A DNA stretch of 64,000 nt from a virus (lineage: Duplodnaviria > Caudoviricetes). Where the stretch lies: IMG/VR virus record IMGVR_UViG_2894708747_000001; one strand, 5' to 3'. Each line of letters opens with the position of its first letter. Positions within the stretch are counted from its first letter, which is position 1. The notes under the pieces were generated by a model, which was not told the origin of the DNA, made no database searches, and worked only from the letters and a program-made list of their open reading frames with translations. The position numbers were made by a program, and so were the translations under genes. Below are positions 1 through 11,300 of the stretch, piece after piece.

Positions 1-2
1 AT

Positions 3-2552
3 GTAGGAGATAATGTTAATCAAGGTCAGGCTATAGGTAAAGCAGGTAATACAGGTAATGTATGGTTTAGTGGTCATAAGGTTACAGGTAGTTACAATGA
101 TCCAAATTCTGAGCGGGCGCGGGGGCTAGGTTCACACTTACATTTTGAAATATGTTTACCTAACGGTAAAGGTGATATTTATGCTGTAGACCCTGTTCCT
201 TATTTAAATGGTAGCAAGAAATTATCTTTATCTTCAGGTAATACTGGTGATGGTGTAACTGTAGGGGAGACTTATACAGGTTTACCTGGGGAAGTACGGT
301 TGGATGAACAGTTTGTAAAACGGGATTGGTACACTGATCCCCGTTACAATTTAGATGCTAATTTCCAAATTTATTCATCATATGACGGAGAGGTACAAAG
401 GTTTGTCTTTGATCCTAATACGGTTTCGGAAGATGTTACGGTAGGTTTTAATATTGAGGTGGATATGCAGAGAGCAGGGTTTATGGATTTAAGTTATATG
501 GCTTCTTTGTCTGAGGGGGATCAGCTTAGAGTTTATGAAAATGGTAATTTAGTGCGGCGGGTGACGGAGTTTAGTGGGGTTGAAGAAGAGTTAAAGGGTA
601 TTGCTGTTCCCCAAGGGAAGAATATAATTAGAATTGAAGTTTTTTGGAAACGGGGTTCGCGGTTGCAAACTTTAGCTTTAAAACATATTCTTATTCAAGA
701 ATTAATTGTGCAAGCTCTAGCTAGAGGTGATAAAACAATAGATAATTTTGATCCGACGAGGGATTTGCCAGGGTCTTCTGTGGCTACTGGTTATTGGGAT
801 GTTATGACTATAGATAGTTTTGTGTTTAATGAGCAACCAGAAAAAGTAAGTTTGCAGGTAGGTCAATTTGTATATATGGATACTTTAACTTTGGATAATG
901 TTCAGAGTATTGAAATAGATAGTCAGTTTGATATGGAGGCGGCGGAGGCGCAAATAACGATTTCTAACCCTGATGGTTATTACAGTCCTGATTATAACCC
1001 TTATTTATTTCCTGAGTTATATAAGGATTCGCCGTTCTCATATTGGACTAATGGTGGTTTTCATGTTGGGGTTTTAAGTGAAAATACCCCGATTCGGATT
1101 TATTTAGGTTATGGTATGAATTTAATGCGGGTGTTTACAGGATTAATTGATCGGGTAGACATGACTGCTGATGGGAATATGACAATATATTGTCGTGATA
1201 GGTATAAAAAGATAATGGACAAAGTGCTAACGGAGACTAAGCAATATCCTCGTGAGATTGACCCCGCTAATCCGCTAACTAATGCCTCTTGGCGCGATCA
1301 GATTATTGCCGCCGCTAAAAAACATGCGGCGGCGGTTGGCGTCGATTATAAATTCTTATTAGCTATCGCACAACAAGAAACTGCGATGGGTACACAAGGA
1401 TGGGGGCGGCCTGAGCAGGGAGGTTATGTTCTTGGCTATGGGTGTTATAGTTCTTCTTACGCTGATCCAGCTTATGCAGGAATTGAAAAGCAGATGTATT
1501 ATGGAGCCAAACGTATGGTAGATGCTTTGCGGAGTCGAGGTTTTCAGGTAGATTCCTGGGATGATGTAGAATATTTTCGTTTAGGGGGAGATTTGGGAAC
1601 AGGATATACCTGGACTTCAGATGAGAATTGGACTAATAATGTTTGGAGTATTTATAATGAAATAAAAGCTAATCCATCCCAGTGGGATACTAATTATACA
1701 GAAAGTGCTTCGGGTACAGATGATAGCCAGAAAACGGCTTGGCTAAAATCGGCTGTAGTGCAAGATTTAGTAGCCCATGCAGGGATGTTTGGTTGGCGGG
1801 CTACTGATGAGGATAGGCAGTATCCTGATGCAATTATTGAAGAGACTTATTTAATAGAGGTAGATCAAAAACATGGGTATGTTGTAAAGGCGGGGTCAAG
1901 TGAAGGAGAATTTATTACGGTGCCTATTTCTTCTATACCCACCCCCCAGGGCTGGTTAAATCCCTTTGTAGAAGCCTATGGGAAAAAATTTGAGGCTTAT
2001 CGTTACAAAGTATCGGATTGTATTAATGAAGTAATTGGGGATCTTAATTATCGTTCTTATTGTGATCGTTACGGCACCTATCGCTTAGAACAGCTAAGAT
2101 TGGATAAGCCTGTTGTGGCTGAATTTACCGAAAACGAGAATTTACTTACTATCGCAAAGACTGTGGATTTTTCGCGAGCACGTAGCCATTTAGTTATTAT
2201 TGATGCTGATGGTCGCGCGGAAAATTTTATTGATAAGGAGATTTTATTGGAGTTAAAAGGAGAGTTGCGGACTGCGGTAATTAGCGTGGGGTGGGCAAAA
2301 TCTTCGGAAGCGAAAAAACAAGTAGCATTACGGGCCTTTTTTGACATGAAGCGGTTGTGCCGTACTTTACAGGTATCTATAGTTGGAAATCCAGCCTTAG
2401 ATATTTTAGATCGTATATTAGTAGTGGATAAACATACTACTACTCGTTCAGTCTATACTATTAAAGGTATTAGGACTAGTTTTTCTAAGGATACAGGTTA
2501 TATTCAAATTATTGATTTAATGTGGTCTGCCGCTGATGGGACGGTGGTATAA
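3..2552 (+). CDS. Tail-associated lysin/baseplate hub-like protein, 5'-truncated (M23 peptidase end + lysozyme-like insert + hub region)
   Basis: Frame is open from nt 3, upstream of the listed 300 start, and reads VGDNVNQGQAIGKAGNTG...HLHFEI...VDPVPYL (M23 HxH motif); internal AAAKKH..GVDYKFLLAIAQQET lysozyme-like segment; IYLGYG..RVFTGLIDRV and GNPALDILD hub-like motifs. Confidence 0.8.
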   Translation, partial: VGDNVNQGQAIGKAGNTGNVWFSGHKVTGSYNDPNSERARGLGSHLHFEICLPNGKGDIYAVDPVPYLNGSKKLSLSSGNTGDGVTVGETYTGLPGEVRLDEQFVKRDWYTDPRYNLDANFQIYSSYDGEVQRFVFDPNTVSEDVTVGFNIEVDMQRAGFMDLSYMASLSEGDQLRVYENGNLVRRVTEFSGVEEELKGIAVPQGKNIIRIEVFWKRGSRLQTLALKHILIQELIVQALARGDKTIDNFDPTRDLPGSSVATGYWDVMTIDSFVFNEQPEKVSLQVGQFVYMDTLTLDNVQSIEIDSQFDMEAAEAQITISNPDGYYSPDYNPYLFPELYKDSPFSYWTNGGFHVGVLSENTPIRIYLGYGMNLMRVFTGLIDRVDMTADGNMTIYCRDRYKKIMDKVLTETKQYPREIDPANPLTNASWRDQIIAAAKKHAAAVGVDYKFLLAIAQQETAMGTQGWGRPEQGGYVLGYGCYSSSYADPAYAGIEKQMYYGAKRMVDALRSRGFQVDSWDDVEYFRLGGDLGTGYTWTSDENWTNNVWSIYNEIKANPSQWDTNYTESASGTDDSQKTAWLKSAVVQDLVAHAGMFGWRATDEDRQYPDAIIEETYLIEVDQKHGYVVKAGSSEGEFITVPISSIPTPQGWLNPFVEAYGKKFEAYRYKVSDCINEVIGDLNYRSYCDRYGTYRLEQLRLDKPVVAEFTENENLLTIAKTVDFSRARSHLVIIDADGRAENFIDKEILLELKGELRTAVISVGWAKSSEAKKQVALRAFFDMKRLCRTLQVSIVGNPALDILDRILVVDKHTTTRSVYTIKGIRTSFSKDTGYIQIIDLMWSAADGTVV

Positions 2553-2959
2553 TGGCGGGCGTAACCCATGATTATTTGATTTATCCTATACTGGAATTAA
2601 TCCACAATGAAATTAGGAAAATAAATTCTAGTGAAGATAGTGTGGGTGACATTGCGGCTATTACTTTACATCGTGACCATCCTGCAGATCAAGATAAGGT
2701 TACAGCGGTTGACTTTGTTTATGATGATGGACGTACGACTAGTGTTTATCTTCAATATGGTTCAGAGGATGCTTCAACCTATCCCGTGGGAATAACTCCC
2801 GATAGCTTAGACTATACTTATTACTTAATGTGGCGATTGACGGGGGTTATCCTTTCTAATTTTGATCCTTCAGGAAACCTTTTGAGTAGGTATCGGATAG
2901 GTTTGCTTTATGATGCGAAAGGTTTATTGGTAGGAACTGAAGTGAATCGATTAGGGTAG
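2552..2959 (+). CDS. Hypothetical virion/baseplate protein
   Basis: 135 aa, TAATG-coupled to the upstream gene in the tail operon. Confidence 0.6.
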   Translation: MAGVTHDYLIYPILELIHNEIRKINSSEDSVGDIAAITLHRDHPADQDKVTAVDFVYDDGRTTSVYLQYGSEDASTYPVGITPDSLDYTYYLMWRLTGVILSNFDPSGNLLSRYRIGLLYDAKGLLVGTEVNRLG

Positions 2960-2971
2960 GGGGGTGACAGC

Positions 2972-3379
2972 ATGTTTCAGGTTACTTATCCTGTTGGTGG
3001 AGTAATTGATAAAGTAAGGGAACTTCCTTACCCTCATTTTTCTAAGTTAACTATTCCTTATATACGAGGGCGGCGGTTGGATATTCCTGAAGCGACAGGG
3101 GTATATTCGGATACCTATTCTTTACCTTTTAAAACGGAGTTTTTATCTATTGCTATAGCTTGTAGTCAGTATTGTGTTGATGATTATTGGGAGTTGACCA
3201 TTGGGCAGGATAAAATCTGTGAGACTATTTATACTAAGGAATTACCAGAGAGTGTAAGTATGGGTAATAGTTTTGGGATTGTGTTTCCTATAGCGGCTAA
3301 TACACCGTTGAAGTTTGATTTTTATAATAATAGTGGTAAGGCGAAGCAGGTTTGGTATAATATAAAGTTTTTACGGTAA
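2972..3379 (+). CDS. Hypothetical virion protein
   Basis: 135 aa, GGGGTG RBS, tail operon. Confidence 0.6.
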   Translation: MFQVTYPVGGVIDKVRELPYPHFSKLTIPYIRGRRLDIPEATGVYSDTYSLPFKTEFLSIAIACSQYCVDDYWELTIGQDKICETIYTKELPESVSMGNSFGIVFPIAANTPLKFDFYNNSGKAKQVWYNIKFLR

Positions 3380-3393
3380 GGGGGGCGGTATAG

Positions 3394-5181
3394 TTGCCAG
3401 CAGATCAAGTGGCTTGGGTAGAAGGGGCGGCAGAGGCGGAGAATATTATTACTGCTTTAGTGGATAGCATCGTTAGTGCTACTATACCTTATGAAATAAA
3501 TAAATGGCAGAAGGTTTTTAGTAGTGATGCGTATATATGGGTAACGTATAATGAAAATTTTAGAGATAATATACAAGGTATATATAAACATACTGATGGG
3601 AATTTATATCCCGTATATAAGGTGGGTACAATAAATACTATTAGTAGTAATAATTTAGAATTATGCGATACAGATGGCTATGTGTGGGAAGTAAATTCAA
3701 ATAATGAAAGGACTGGTAAAAAGTTTCAGGTAAAAGCTGTTACTTATGTGGATGCGAATGGGGTTTCTCACACTTTACAGGTAACGGGACTGTTGTTAGT
3801 AAATGTACTTGATTCTACGGAACCGACGGTGGGGGCTAGGTGTTATATTGTTGAGCAGGTACGGCAGGAATTGGATGGAAGTTATAAAGCTGATCCAGAA
3901 TGGAATGAATTTAAGATTGTGGCAGAAATGCCTTCTGATTGGAATTATTTACTAACGAGAGATCGGGTACTTTTGTATAATTATTATGGTTCGTATACTT
4001 ATTTATATAAACCTCCTGTTTATAGATTTACTGAGAGATATTATACTGCGGATATAAATATTAGTGATAAGGTAGAAGTTTTAAAAATTACTCCTGATCC
4101 ACCTACAGGATTAACAGCTAAGAATTTTTATGTAATGTTTAAACATCCTATTGGGCAATATAATTATTTTGATGTTTTATATGGAGAGGGTTTTTTAGGC
4201 ACGCCTAGTAGCGGCGATCCAACTTTAACTTATAAAGATATTTGTGATGTGACGACAGTAGGAAAAGGGAAAACTCCCGTAATTATAGATCAGAAAAAAG
4301 CCGAGGCTATGTATAAGCAGTGGAATGATCCTCAACAAGAAAAGGTTTTTGTGCCGCCTTCTTTTTCCTGGGAGGTGCGATATGGAAGGGAAGTAGTAAG
4401 TCCTCCTGCTCACTATTTTTATGGTTGTAATACTAGTGTGTCAGGGATCGGTTTAGTGTCAAGACGACCAGAGTATCAAGTTAATTATTATCTTTCTATA
4501 AATAATAGAAGAATAGCTATGATAATTGAAGGCGACCCTGTGCCTGATAGAGAGGGATATTACAGAAGTTTTGGTTATATCGGGCCTATAATTTCTTTTA
4601 GTAGTAATGATTACACCAATAACTTTGCCGTTACGGTAGGGATGGGGGAATTAAATAAAGACAAGACAGGGTTTGTTTTACAGGACATTGATCAAAATAA
4701 TAATCCTTTATATACACAATATGGGGATTATGCTTCTAATGGTATGTATTCAGTATCTATGTTAAGTACAAAAAGTGGTAGTACGTTATTTCAAGCATTT
4801 TATCCATCTTTTAACACTCCATTACCAAATTATCATGGCGGTTCAATTCCTTCTGGCTTGTATAATCTATTGATAGCGGAAGATTTTTTACAGGCTTCTA
4901 GGTGGACAGGAAAATTTCATGCGAGCCCAATTTATTTATATCATCAATATGAAGGGTATAGAGGGTATTTGGATGGTGTTTTAGCAATTAGTCCTTACAA
5001 TCTTACTCATTTAGATGAACTAGAGTTTGATACAGGAGAACCTAAAGATCCTGCTAATCCAGAAGTTGGGAATTGGATAGAGGTTTATAAGTTTGTGCGG
5101 TTGTTAAGTCCTATTAATTTTATGTTGCGATCAGCAAATCCCAATGATATGATGCTTGCAATTTTAAAAGAGGTCAGGTAG
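3394..5181 (+). CDS. Virion structural protein, long paralog of 5196..6275
   Basis: Shares NNRIAM..DP, QASRWTGK.H.SPIY..H.YEGYRG.LDG and LKEVR blocks with the next ORF. Confidence 0.7.
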   Translation: MPADQVAWVEGAAEAENIITALVDSIVSATIPYEINKWQKVFSSDAYIWVTYNENFRDNIQGIYKHTDGNLYPVYKVGTINTISSNNLELCDTDGYVWEVNSNNERTGKKFQVKAVTYVDANGVSHTLQVTGLLLVNVLDSTEPTVGARCYIVEQVRQELDGSYKADPEWNEFKIVAEMPSDWNYLLTRDRVLLYNYYGSYTYLYKPPVYRFTERYYTADINISDKVEVLKITPDPPTGLTAKNFYVMFKHPIGQYNYFDVLYGEGFLGTPSSGDPTLTYKDICDVTTVGKGKTPVIIDQKKAEAMYKQWNDPQQEKVFVPPSFSWEVRYGREVVSPPAHYFYGCNTSVSGIGLVSRRPEYQVNYYLSINNRRIAMIIEGDPVPDREGYYRSFGYIGPIISFSSNDYTNNFAVTVGMGELNKDKTGFVLQDIDQNNNPLYTQYGDYASNGMYSVSMLSTKSGSTLFQAFYPSFNTPLPNYHGGSIPSGLYNLLIAEDFLQASRWTGKFHASPIYLYHQYEGYRGYLDGVLAISPYNLTHLDELEFDTGEPKDPANPEVGNWIEVYKFVRLLSPINFMLRSANPNDMMLAILKEVR

Positions 5182-5195
5182 GGAGGTAATAATTT

Positions 5196-6275
5196 ATGGC
5201 AGATTTTAAATATGTAGAAACAATTACAAAGTCCCAGGATTTACTTAACACTATTAAAGAAATTTTAACTTTTACTAGTTACCCTTTTGACGCTATGCAC
5301 GGAGAAACAGAGGTAGCTAATACTTGGATTATAAAAGAAGAAATTACTGATGTAGCAACAGGTAAAATAAAAGAATTAACAGTACAAGGAAAGACAGCTA
5401 TTGGTTCAACTACTGTAAGAAATAAAGATTTTTATGTAAGATTTAAGTTAAATGGTTTTAGTGATGTAAGTAAACATAGTTCAATGACTGTTCAACTTTT
5501 AGATGAGTTTAATCCTACTAATAATAGTTATGGTGTTAACGGCTATCCTGTGCTTTATGAGTGGGCGCAAGAGAATTATTCTAATTCAGATCGGGATTTT
5601 AATTCTCCAGTATATTTATACGCAACTATAAGTAATAATAGGATTGCTATGGTTCTAGTAGCTGATCCTGCTATTAATTTTAATGATTATCGAAAATCAT
5701 TCCTTTATATTGGGGCAATTCAACCATTTAAGTTCAATGAGGATGATGTAGATGGTAATATTTTGTTGACGGCGGGGGCGTATAGAAAAGAGCCTAGTTA
5801 TACTGAAATAGCTATTAATAATCCTGATTATTATTTTGGTGAGTTTACAGCTACGGGCAATAATAATTTCCAAATGTTAAAAACAAAAACAGGTATTTTA
5901 TTTCAAAAGCATTATCCTGCTTTTATCACTCAGGCCCCTCCCCCTGGAAGTGCTTATGTTGATTCTCAAGTAGGGGATACTGGCGTAAAATTAGAATCAC
6001 AAGGATTTCAAGCCTCTCGGTGGACAGGTAAGTATCATATGAGCCCGATTTATGTATACCATCCTTATGAAGGGTATCGCGGTCAATTAGATGGATGTGT
6101 GGCCGTTACTAAACATAATATTCTTCATCTGGATGAGTTAGTGGTAGATGTAGAAGGGAAGCCGTGGACACAGGAAGTATATCGTTTTTATGATATAAAT
6201 ACTGAGCAATGTTTTACAAAACATTCAGCGAATATAAATATGGGGTTGGCGGTATTAAAAGAAGTACGGTATTAA
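5196..6275 (+). CDS. Virion structural protein, short paralog of 3394..5181
   Basis: Same shared motifs; GGAGG RBS. Confidence 0.7.
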   Translation: MADFKYVETITKSQDLLNTIKEILTFTSYPFDAMHGETEVANTWIIKEEITDVATGKIKELTVQGKTAIGSTTVRNKDFYVRFKLNGFSDVSKHSSMTVQLLDEFNPTNNSYGVNGYPVLYEWAQENYSNSDRDFNSPVYLYATISNNRIAMVLVADPAINFNDYRKSFLYIGAIQPFKFNEDDVDGNILLTAGAYRKEPSYTEIAINNPDYYFGEFTATGNNNFQMLKTKTGILFQKHYPAFITQAPPPGSAYVDSQVGDTGVKLESQGFQASRWTGKYHMSPIYVYHPYEGYRGQLDGCVAVTKHNILHLDELVVDVEGKPWTQEVYRFYDINTEQCFTKHSANINMGLAVLKEVRY

Positions 6276-6295
6276 GTGCTTGCGTAAGGTGGTGG

Positions 6296-6330
6296 GGAAT
6301 TTCAGGTATCAATTCTGAAATTCCTTTTTT
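6296..6330 (+). terminator. Rho-independent terminator
   Basis: GGAATTTCAG/CTGAAATTCC 10-bp stem followed by T6. Confidence 0.8.
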
Positions 6331-6338
6331 GTTGTGGG

Positions 6339-8372
6339 GTGAGAGAGTTGTCACTTATGACTATTTCTAATGTATATAACTGTAGAGTGTTAGATTTAAA
6401 TCAATGTCGAGAGACTTTTTCAGTTGTCGTAGCTATTTATAATAATTTCCATCAAGATAGTTATTATTTTAAATATATACCTTATAGCAGATATAGTAGT
6501 ATTGTGATGATGGATTATCTTTTGGGGAGGAAGGAAATTGTTGATGGTTCATTAATGGCGGAAGTTGCGGCGGTATTAAAAACTGATCTTCCTGGACAAG
6601 AAATAGTGTTAATAACAGGAGATAAGCAGGATATAATCTCAGAGATTACTTTGATAGATGTTGGTTATAAAGAAAGTCAGTCTACTAGTGAGGTATTAGA
6701 AGGGTGGGGAGTTAGAGAACCTTTATCGGTTGGTGAGGTAAAAAAGAATTTTTTAACTGGTTATGTAGAGGAAGAGAGTGCTATAAGCAATGATTTTGTA
6801 ACTGGATTGCTTATAATTCATAAGCATCCTTTAACTATTGATAGGGATTTTCTTTCTTATTATCGTTATGATAGTCACGATTTAATAATAAATTTTAAGT
6901 CTGTGGAGGGGCAATCTCTTAAACGAGATTTAATTGTAACTAGGGATCTTATTTCTTTTGATAGAAAAATAATGCGTGATTTAAACCTAACTAATGACGT
7001 AAAGTCGAGGCGATTTACCTTAAAGGAAATTGTTCCTAGTTTTTTCATTTCAGGGGGACGTGAAAAAGATAAGAATTTATTTATTGTCGATACGGTCAAC
7101 GGTGAGCGGTGGTTAATAAATGGTAAGATAATACCTGTAGAGTTTTTAAAGGGTGGGAGACAGGACGGAGGCCATTTTTTATATGTGCCTGACCATCTTT
7201 TAGGTGGTTTTTTATATCGCATGGCTGTCCTTTTAGAAGGAGTATTGGGTACTAAAAGTAGTTTTAATGGGATAGTGGAGGCAGGTTGGAAGGAAGGCAT
7301 ATCTGGGGGAAAAGGAGTGTTTGCTGATATTAAAGCTCTTTTAGGTAAGAAGGAAGATGAATATGGAGCAACCCTTTTATACGAACAGGAATTTAGTATT
7401 TTAGATAGGGTAAGATTAGGGTTTGTGGAAGAGGTTATGAAAAAATTGGCGGAGGTAGATAATCAAAAAGCGGCTGTTTCTTTGGTGGATTTGTTGTTGA
7501 CGGAACGTATATGGCAAGGATTGGCAGAAGGGGATTTTGATATTATCACAGCAATTCTAGAAAAAGGAAGAAAGGCTCTTATAAATAAAGAGGTTATAAC
7601 AGGAGTTTCAGAGGAAAGGTATGCTAAGACAAATATAATTATTCCTGTAGCTTTAAGACAGGAGCTACCGTCAATTATTTACAGTTCTACAGTGGCAGAA
7701 AAAGATCCTTTGCCTCTAATAGAAGAAAAAGGGTTAATAGCTCTCAAAAAGCCAGGGGAGGCTTCTGAAATTAAACTAGGGTTAGGACAAGGCCTAGTTT
7801 ATGATTATACTAATGATATAGTTGATTTAGGAATGAATCCTGAATTTTGGGTAGGCGGGTTTGGTGTACCTGAAGAGTATAATCCGCTTGATCCTTTAAA
7901 TCCTTATTATCCGTGGGCTGATGAAGTTTTTCGCATTGATCAAGGTATTTGGCAACCTGTGGAGGCGGAAGGATGGGAATATGATCCTACTACTAGAGGT
8001 TTTATTAATAGCTCGCAGATAGAAAGATGTGGATTAGTGTATAGGGATATAAATAGTGATGGTTATATTTTCTGGACTAGTTTTAAAGTAACGGGTTCAG
8101 GAGATGATGGTGTAGGAATTATTTTTAATTACGTTGATGAAAATAATTATTATAAATTTATTATTAATGGTGGAGATGCAGATTATAGCCTGAGTATGGC
8201 GAAACCGATGCAGTTGTATAAAGTAATAAGTGGGGTTACGGTGCCCGTTGGGTCGCCGATGGAACCCTTCCCTTGGATAAGGGATAGATGGTATACAATT
8301 AAAGTGATCGTAAATGATAATCGTATTAGTCTTTATGTAAATAATAAACTAGAGTATGATTTTGTAGAGTAG
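6339..8372 (+). CDS. Virion protein with degenerate repeats and a C-terminal concanavalin/LamG-like domain
   Basis: C-terminal DDGVGIIFNYVDENNYYKF...WYTIKVIV...ISLYVNNK; start may be 6357. Confidence 0.6.
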   Translation: MRELSLMTISNVYNCRVLDLNQCRETFSVVVAIYNNFHQDSYYFKYIPYSRYSSIVMMDYLLGRKEIVDGSLMAEVAAVLKTDLPGQEIVLITGDKQDIISEITLIDVGYKESQSTSEVLEGWGVREPLSVGEVKKNFLTGYVEEESAISNDFVTGLLIIHKHPLTIDRDFLSYYRYDSHDLIINFKSVEGQSLKRDLIVTRDLISFDRKIMRDLNLTNDVKSRRFTLKEIVPSFFISGGREKDKNLFIVDTVNGERWLINGKIIPVEFLKGGRQDGGHFLYVPDHLLGGFLYRMAVLLEGVLGTKSSFNGIVEAGWKEGISGGKGVFADIKALLGKKEDEYGATLLYEQEFSILDRVRLGFVEEVMKKLAEVDNQKAAVSLVDLLLTERIWQGLAEGDFDIITAILEKGRKALINKEVITGVSEERYAKTNIIIPVALRQELPSIIYSSTVAEKDPLPLIEEKGLIALKKPGEASEIKLGLGQGLVYDYTNDIVDLGMNPEFWVGGFGVPEEYNPLDPLNPYYPWADEVFRIDQGIWQPVEAEGWEYDPTTRGFINSSQIERCGLVYRDINSDGYIFWTSFKVTGSGDDGVGIIFNYVDENNYYKFIINGGDADYSLSMAKPMQLYKVISGVTVPVGSPMEPFPWIRDRWYTIKVIVNDNRISLYVNNKLEYDFVE

Positions 8373-8384
8373 GGGGTAATTTAG

Positions 8385-11300
8385 GTGTCTAAAACCTTTG
8401 GTATCCTTACAGAAGGACAAAAAGATGTAATGTTTGCCAATATGGGAGCGGCTTTAATTAATAATGATGCAATAAATAATCCTGGTAATCCTGTTGGCCC
8501 TAATTTTCCAAGGGCTATAGGACGTTTGCCTGGGTATCAGAATCCCATTTTAGGTGATCCTGGGCGGGGGCGTATTGGACGTTGGCAGTTTGTTAAGTAT
8601 GATTCTTTACAGAATGTTATTGATCAGGTTATAGAGCATTATGTAGAAAATAAGGATTGGTATAGTAGGGTGCGGTGTCGTGAGGCATTGTGGAATATGT
8701 ATCGTCGCTTAGAGTGGTGGGTGCGGCAACAGGTAGATCCAAGTAAAAATGATTATCAACGAGCTTTGCTTTATATAAAAGATTGTATAGCCAAGATCCT
8801 TGATCCTGGAGAAATGGAGTTAAAGGAAGTATTTGAGGAGTATTTTAATGATCAAAATAATATATCTTCTCAAGTAGTGACTTCTCCTGGGTGGGAGTGG
8901 GAAGATTTATGGACTACTTATAATGGGGGTTCTGGAGACGGTGTAATGATAGTTCGTAATAAAGAGGGGGCTTATACTTTAGATGTTACAGGTATTTCTC
9001 TCCCTCGTGGGGGAAAGGTATTATTTGAATATGGTGGTGCATTTAAGGGTAATGATAAGATAGAGTTAATTGTAAACGGTAAAAGTATGTGGACAGGCAA
9101 CACTTCTACTCGTACAGCCAGGGGTATTGATGTGGAAGTAGAGCTTCCTCCTAATACCAGTGAGCTAAAGTGGGTTTATACTTGCGGTTTTTCTTTAGAG
9201 GAACATTTTGGCTGGGTAGATAGTATTAGGATATTTTCTAATGAGTACGCTTATGGGGCTGATTTTAGCACCGAATTAGATGCGGGGCTTACTTATAGTG
9301 ACGGTTGGTATGATGATAAGGGCGCGGCCACGGTTACAGTGGCCCCCTCCACTACGGAAACTATTACTAAATCTTTTGCTTTTTTGAGTAAGGGTTATGT
9401 TATTTTCAGCTTCGCGGCTAGTTTAGGGGCGGGAGGGAGAATTTATCTAAAAATAGATGGCGATGAGGTTTGGTCTTATAGTCAAACAGGAGGTAGTGAT
9501 TTAAGTTTTAGGGATGTGCGAATTAATGTAGCTCCAGGATTTCATGATTTTGAGTGGGGGGTAGTAGGGGGGTCAGTTCCGAGTACAGTCAGAATAAAAA
9601 ATATTGAAATGGTGGAGTTAGTAAGTAATGAGGAAATAACAAAAATGACTCCTTACTGTCCTGCGCCTTATTTTCATTATTTTGATGCTGATTATTTTAA
9701 TCATTTTGATGGAAGCATTATTGAGCGGCCTACTTTTGATATGCGGACTTTACCGCTCTCAAATGATTTCCCTGCATTTTTTAGGTGGGTATCTTCTACA
9801 GAAGATCAAGAATGGGTAGTAGTTCATTCGGTAGGGGCTAATGAGCAAGCAGGTACAGAAAATATTTTAAAATTAGATTTAGGGATATTATCTTTTGGTA
9901 ATTCTTCTAAGATCACTTTTAATTGGCGTTTTAAACAGAGGGGTTTTATTCGGTTTAAGTATTTAGCTAGTGTGGATAAAGGTAATGGTTTGGTTTTCTT
10001 TATTAATGGTGAACAAGTGGGGGGCGAGTGGAGCCAGAGTAACGATTGGCAAGAAGTTAGTTTTAATGTATATCCTGGACAAACTTATAAATTTGATTGG
10101 TTGGTACGCAAGCAGTCGGCTAAGGATTGGGGTTATAATGCTGTTTATATAAAGGATATTGAGTGTGTGGAGACTATTAGAACGGCAGATCCTCCTACTC
10201 CGCCAGATTTTGATACTTTAGGAACGAAGGCATTAGAGGATGGACGTTATGAGTGGGTGACTTACTCGAAACAATCGGTGGTAAGAAGTAGGATGGGGGG
10301 TGATCAGCCTCTTGAAGAAGCTAGGGTCAGAAAGCTAGTATTTAATTTAGATAATGAATGTGATGGGGAGATTTCTTATTCTTACAAGTTGGATACAGAA
10401 ACACCTTTTCCTGAGCATACACAGGAAAACATCTTTTCAGATAACTTTCAGACACCGAATCAGCACGGAGAAAGTGTTCATGGTAGTTCAGTTGATGCTC
10501 AATATGATTCTAATTGGGTTTTAAATGGAGAGGAGTCGACTGCAACTGCGGATGGGGCAAAGATTGTTTATAAGATAAAGGTTGCTCCTGAAGCAACATT
10601 AGATTTACATGGTATATTTGAACTTGAACCACCAGATCGGGTTATTGATCATTATGAGGAACAGTTAGTTCCTGTCGCTTTTTCTGGTAGCAGTCGTTGG
10701 GTGGCAGACGGTAGCTGTTACACGATTAATAATATTACAGCAGGGATTTGGAGCATGTCTACTTCAGTTAATATGCCTAATGATGGCTATTTTGAATTTG
10801 ATTTTAGTCACGATTTGCGGCCTACGGAAAAGTTTCGGGTGGTTGTAAATGGGATAGTTGTTTTGGATTCTAAGGGTTTAAGGGCAGGAGATCATATTCG
10901 TATTAACCTTAAAGCAGGTAATAATCAAATTGAATTTAAGATTATTGATTCTTATACAGAACAGCCACTCCATGAAGATTATAGCGTTACTTATAATTAT
11001 GGTAATTATAGTAGTGGGGAACCTCAGCATTTTGTAACTCAGTTGGGAAATAAAGTGGAATTAACTCGTTATTGGGATGTGGGGGACGGAAGAGCTTATA
11101 CAAATCGTGATGGAGATTATATTATATATAATATTTCTCTTAATCCTGGTGCTAAATTCAGTTTGCATGAAAACGCTATTTTCCATACGGCTCCAGTGTA
11201 TGAGGGGGAAGGTAGAGAAATCTTTAGAGAAGATTTTAATATTAGGGGAGGAGTACATTCTCCAGCTATAAGTTTTAGCGGTCATTGGGAATGGGTAGAT

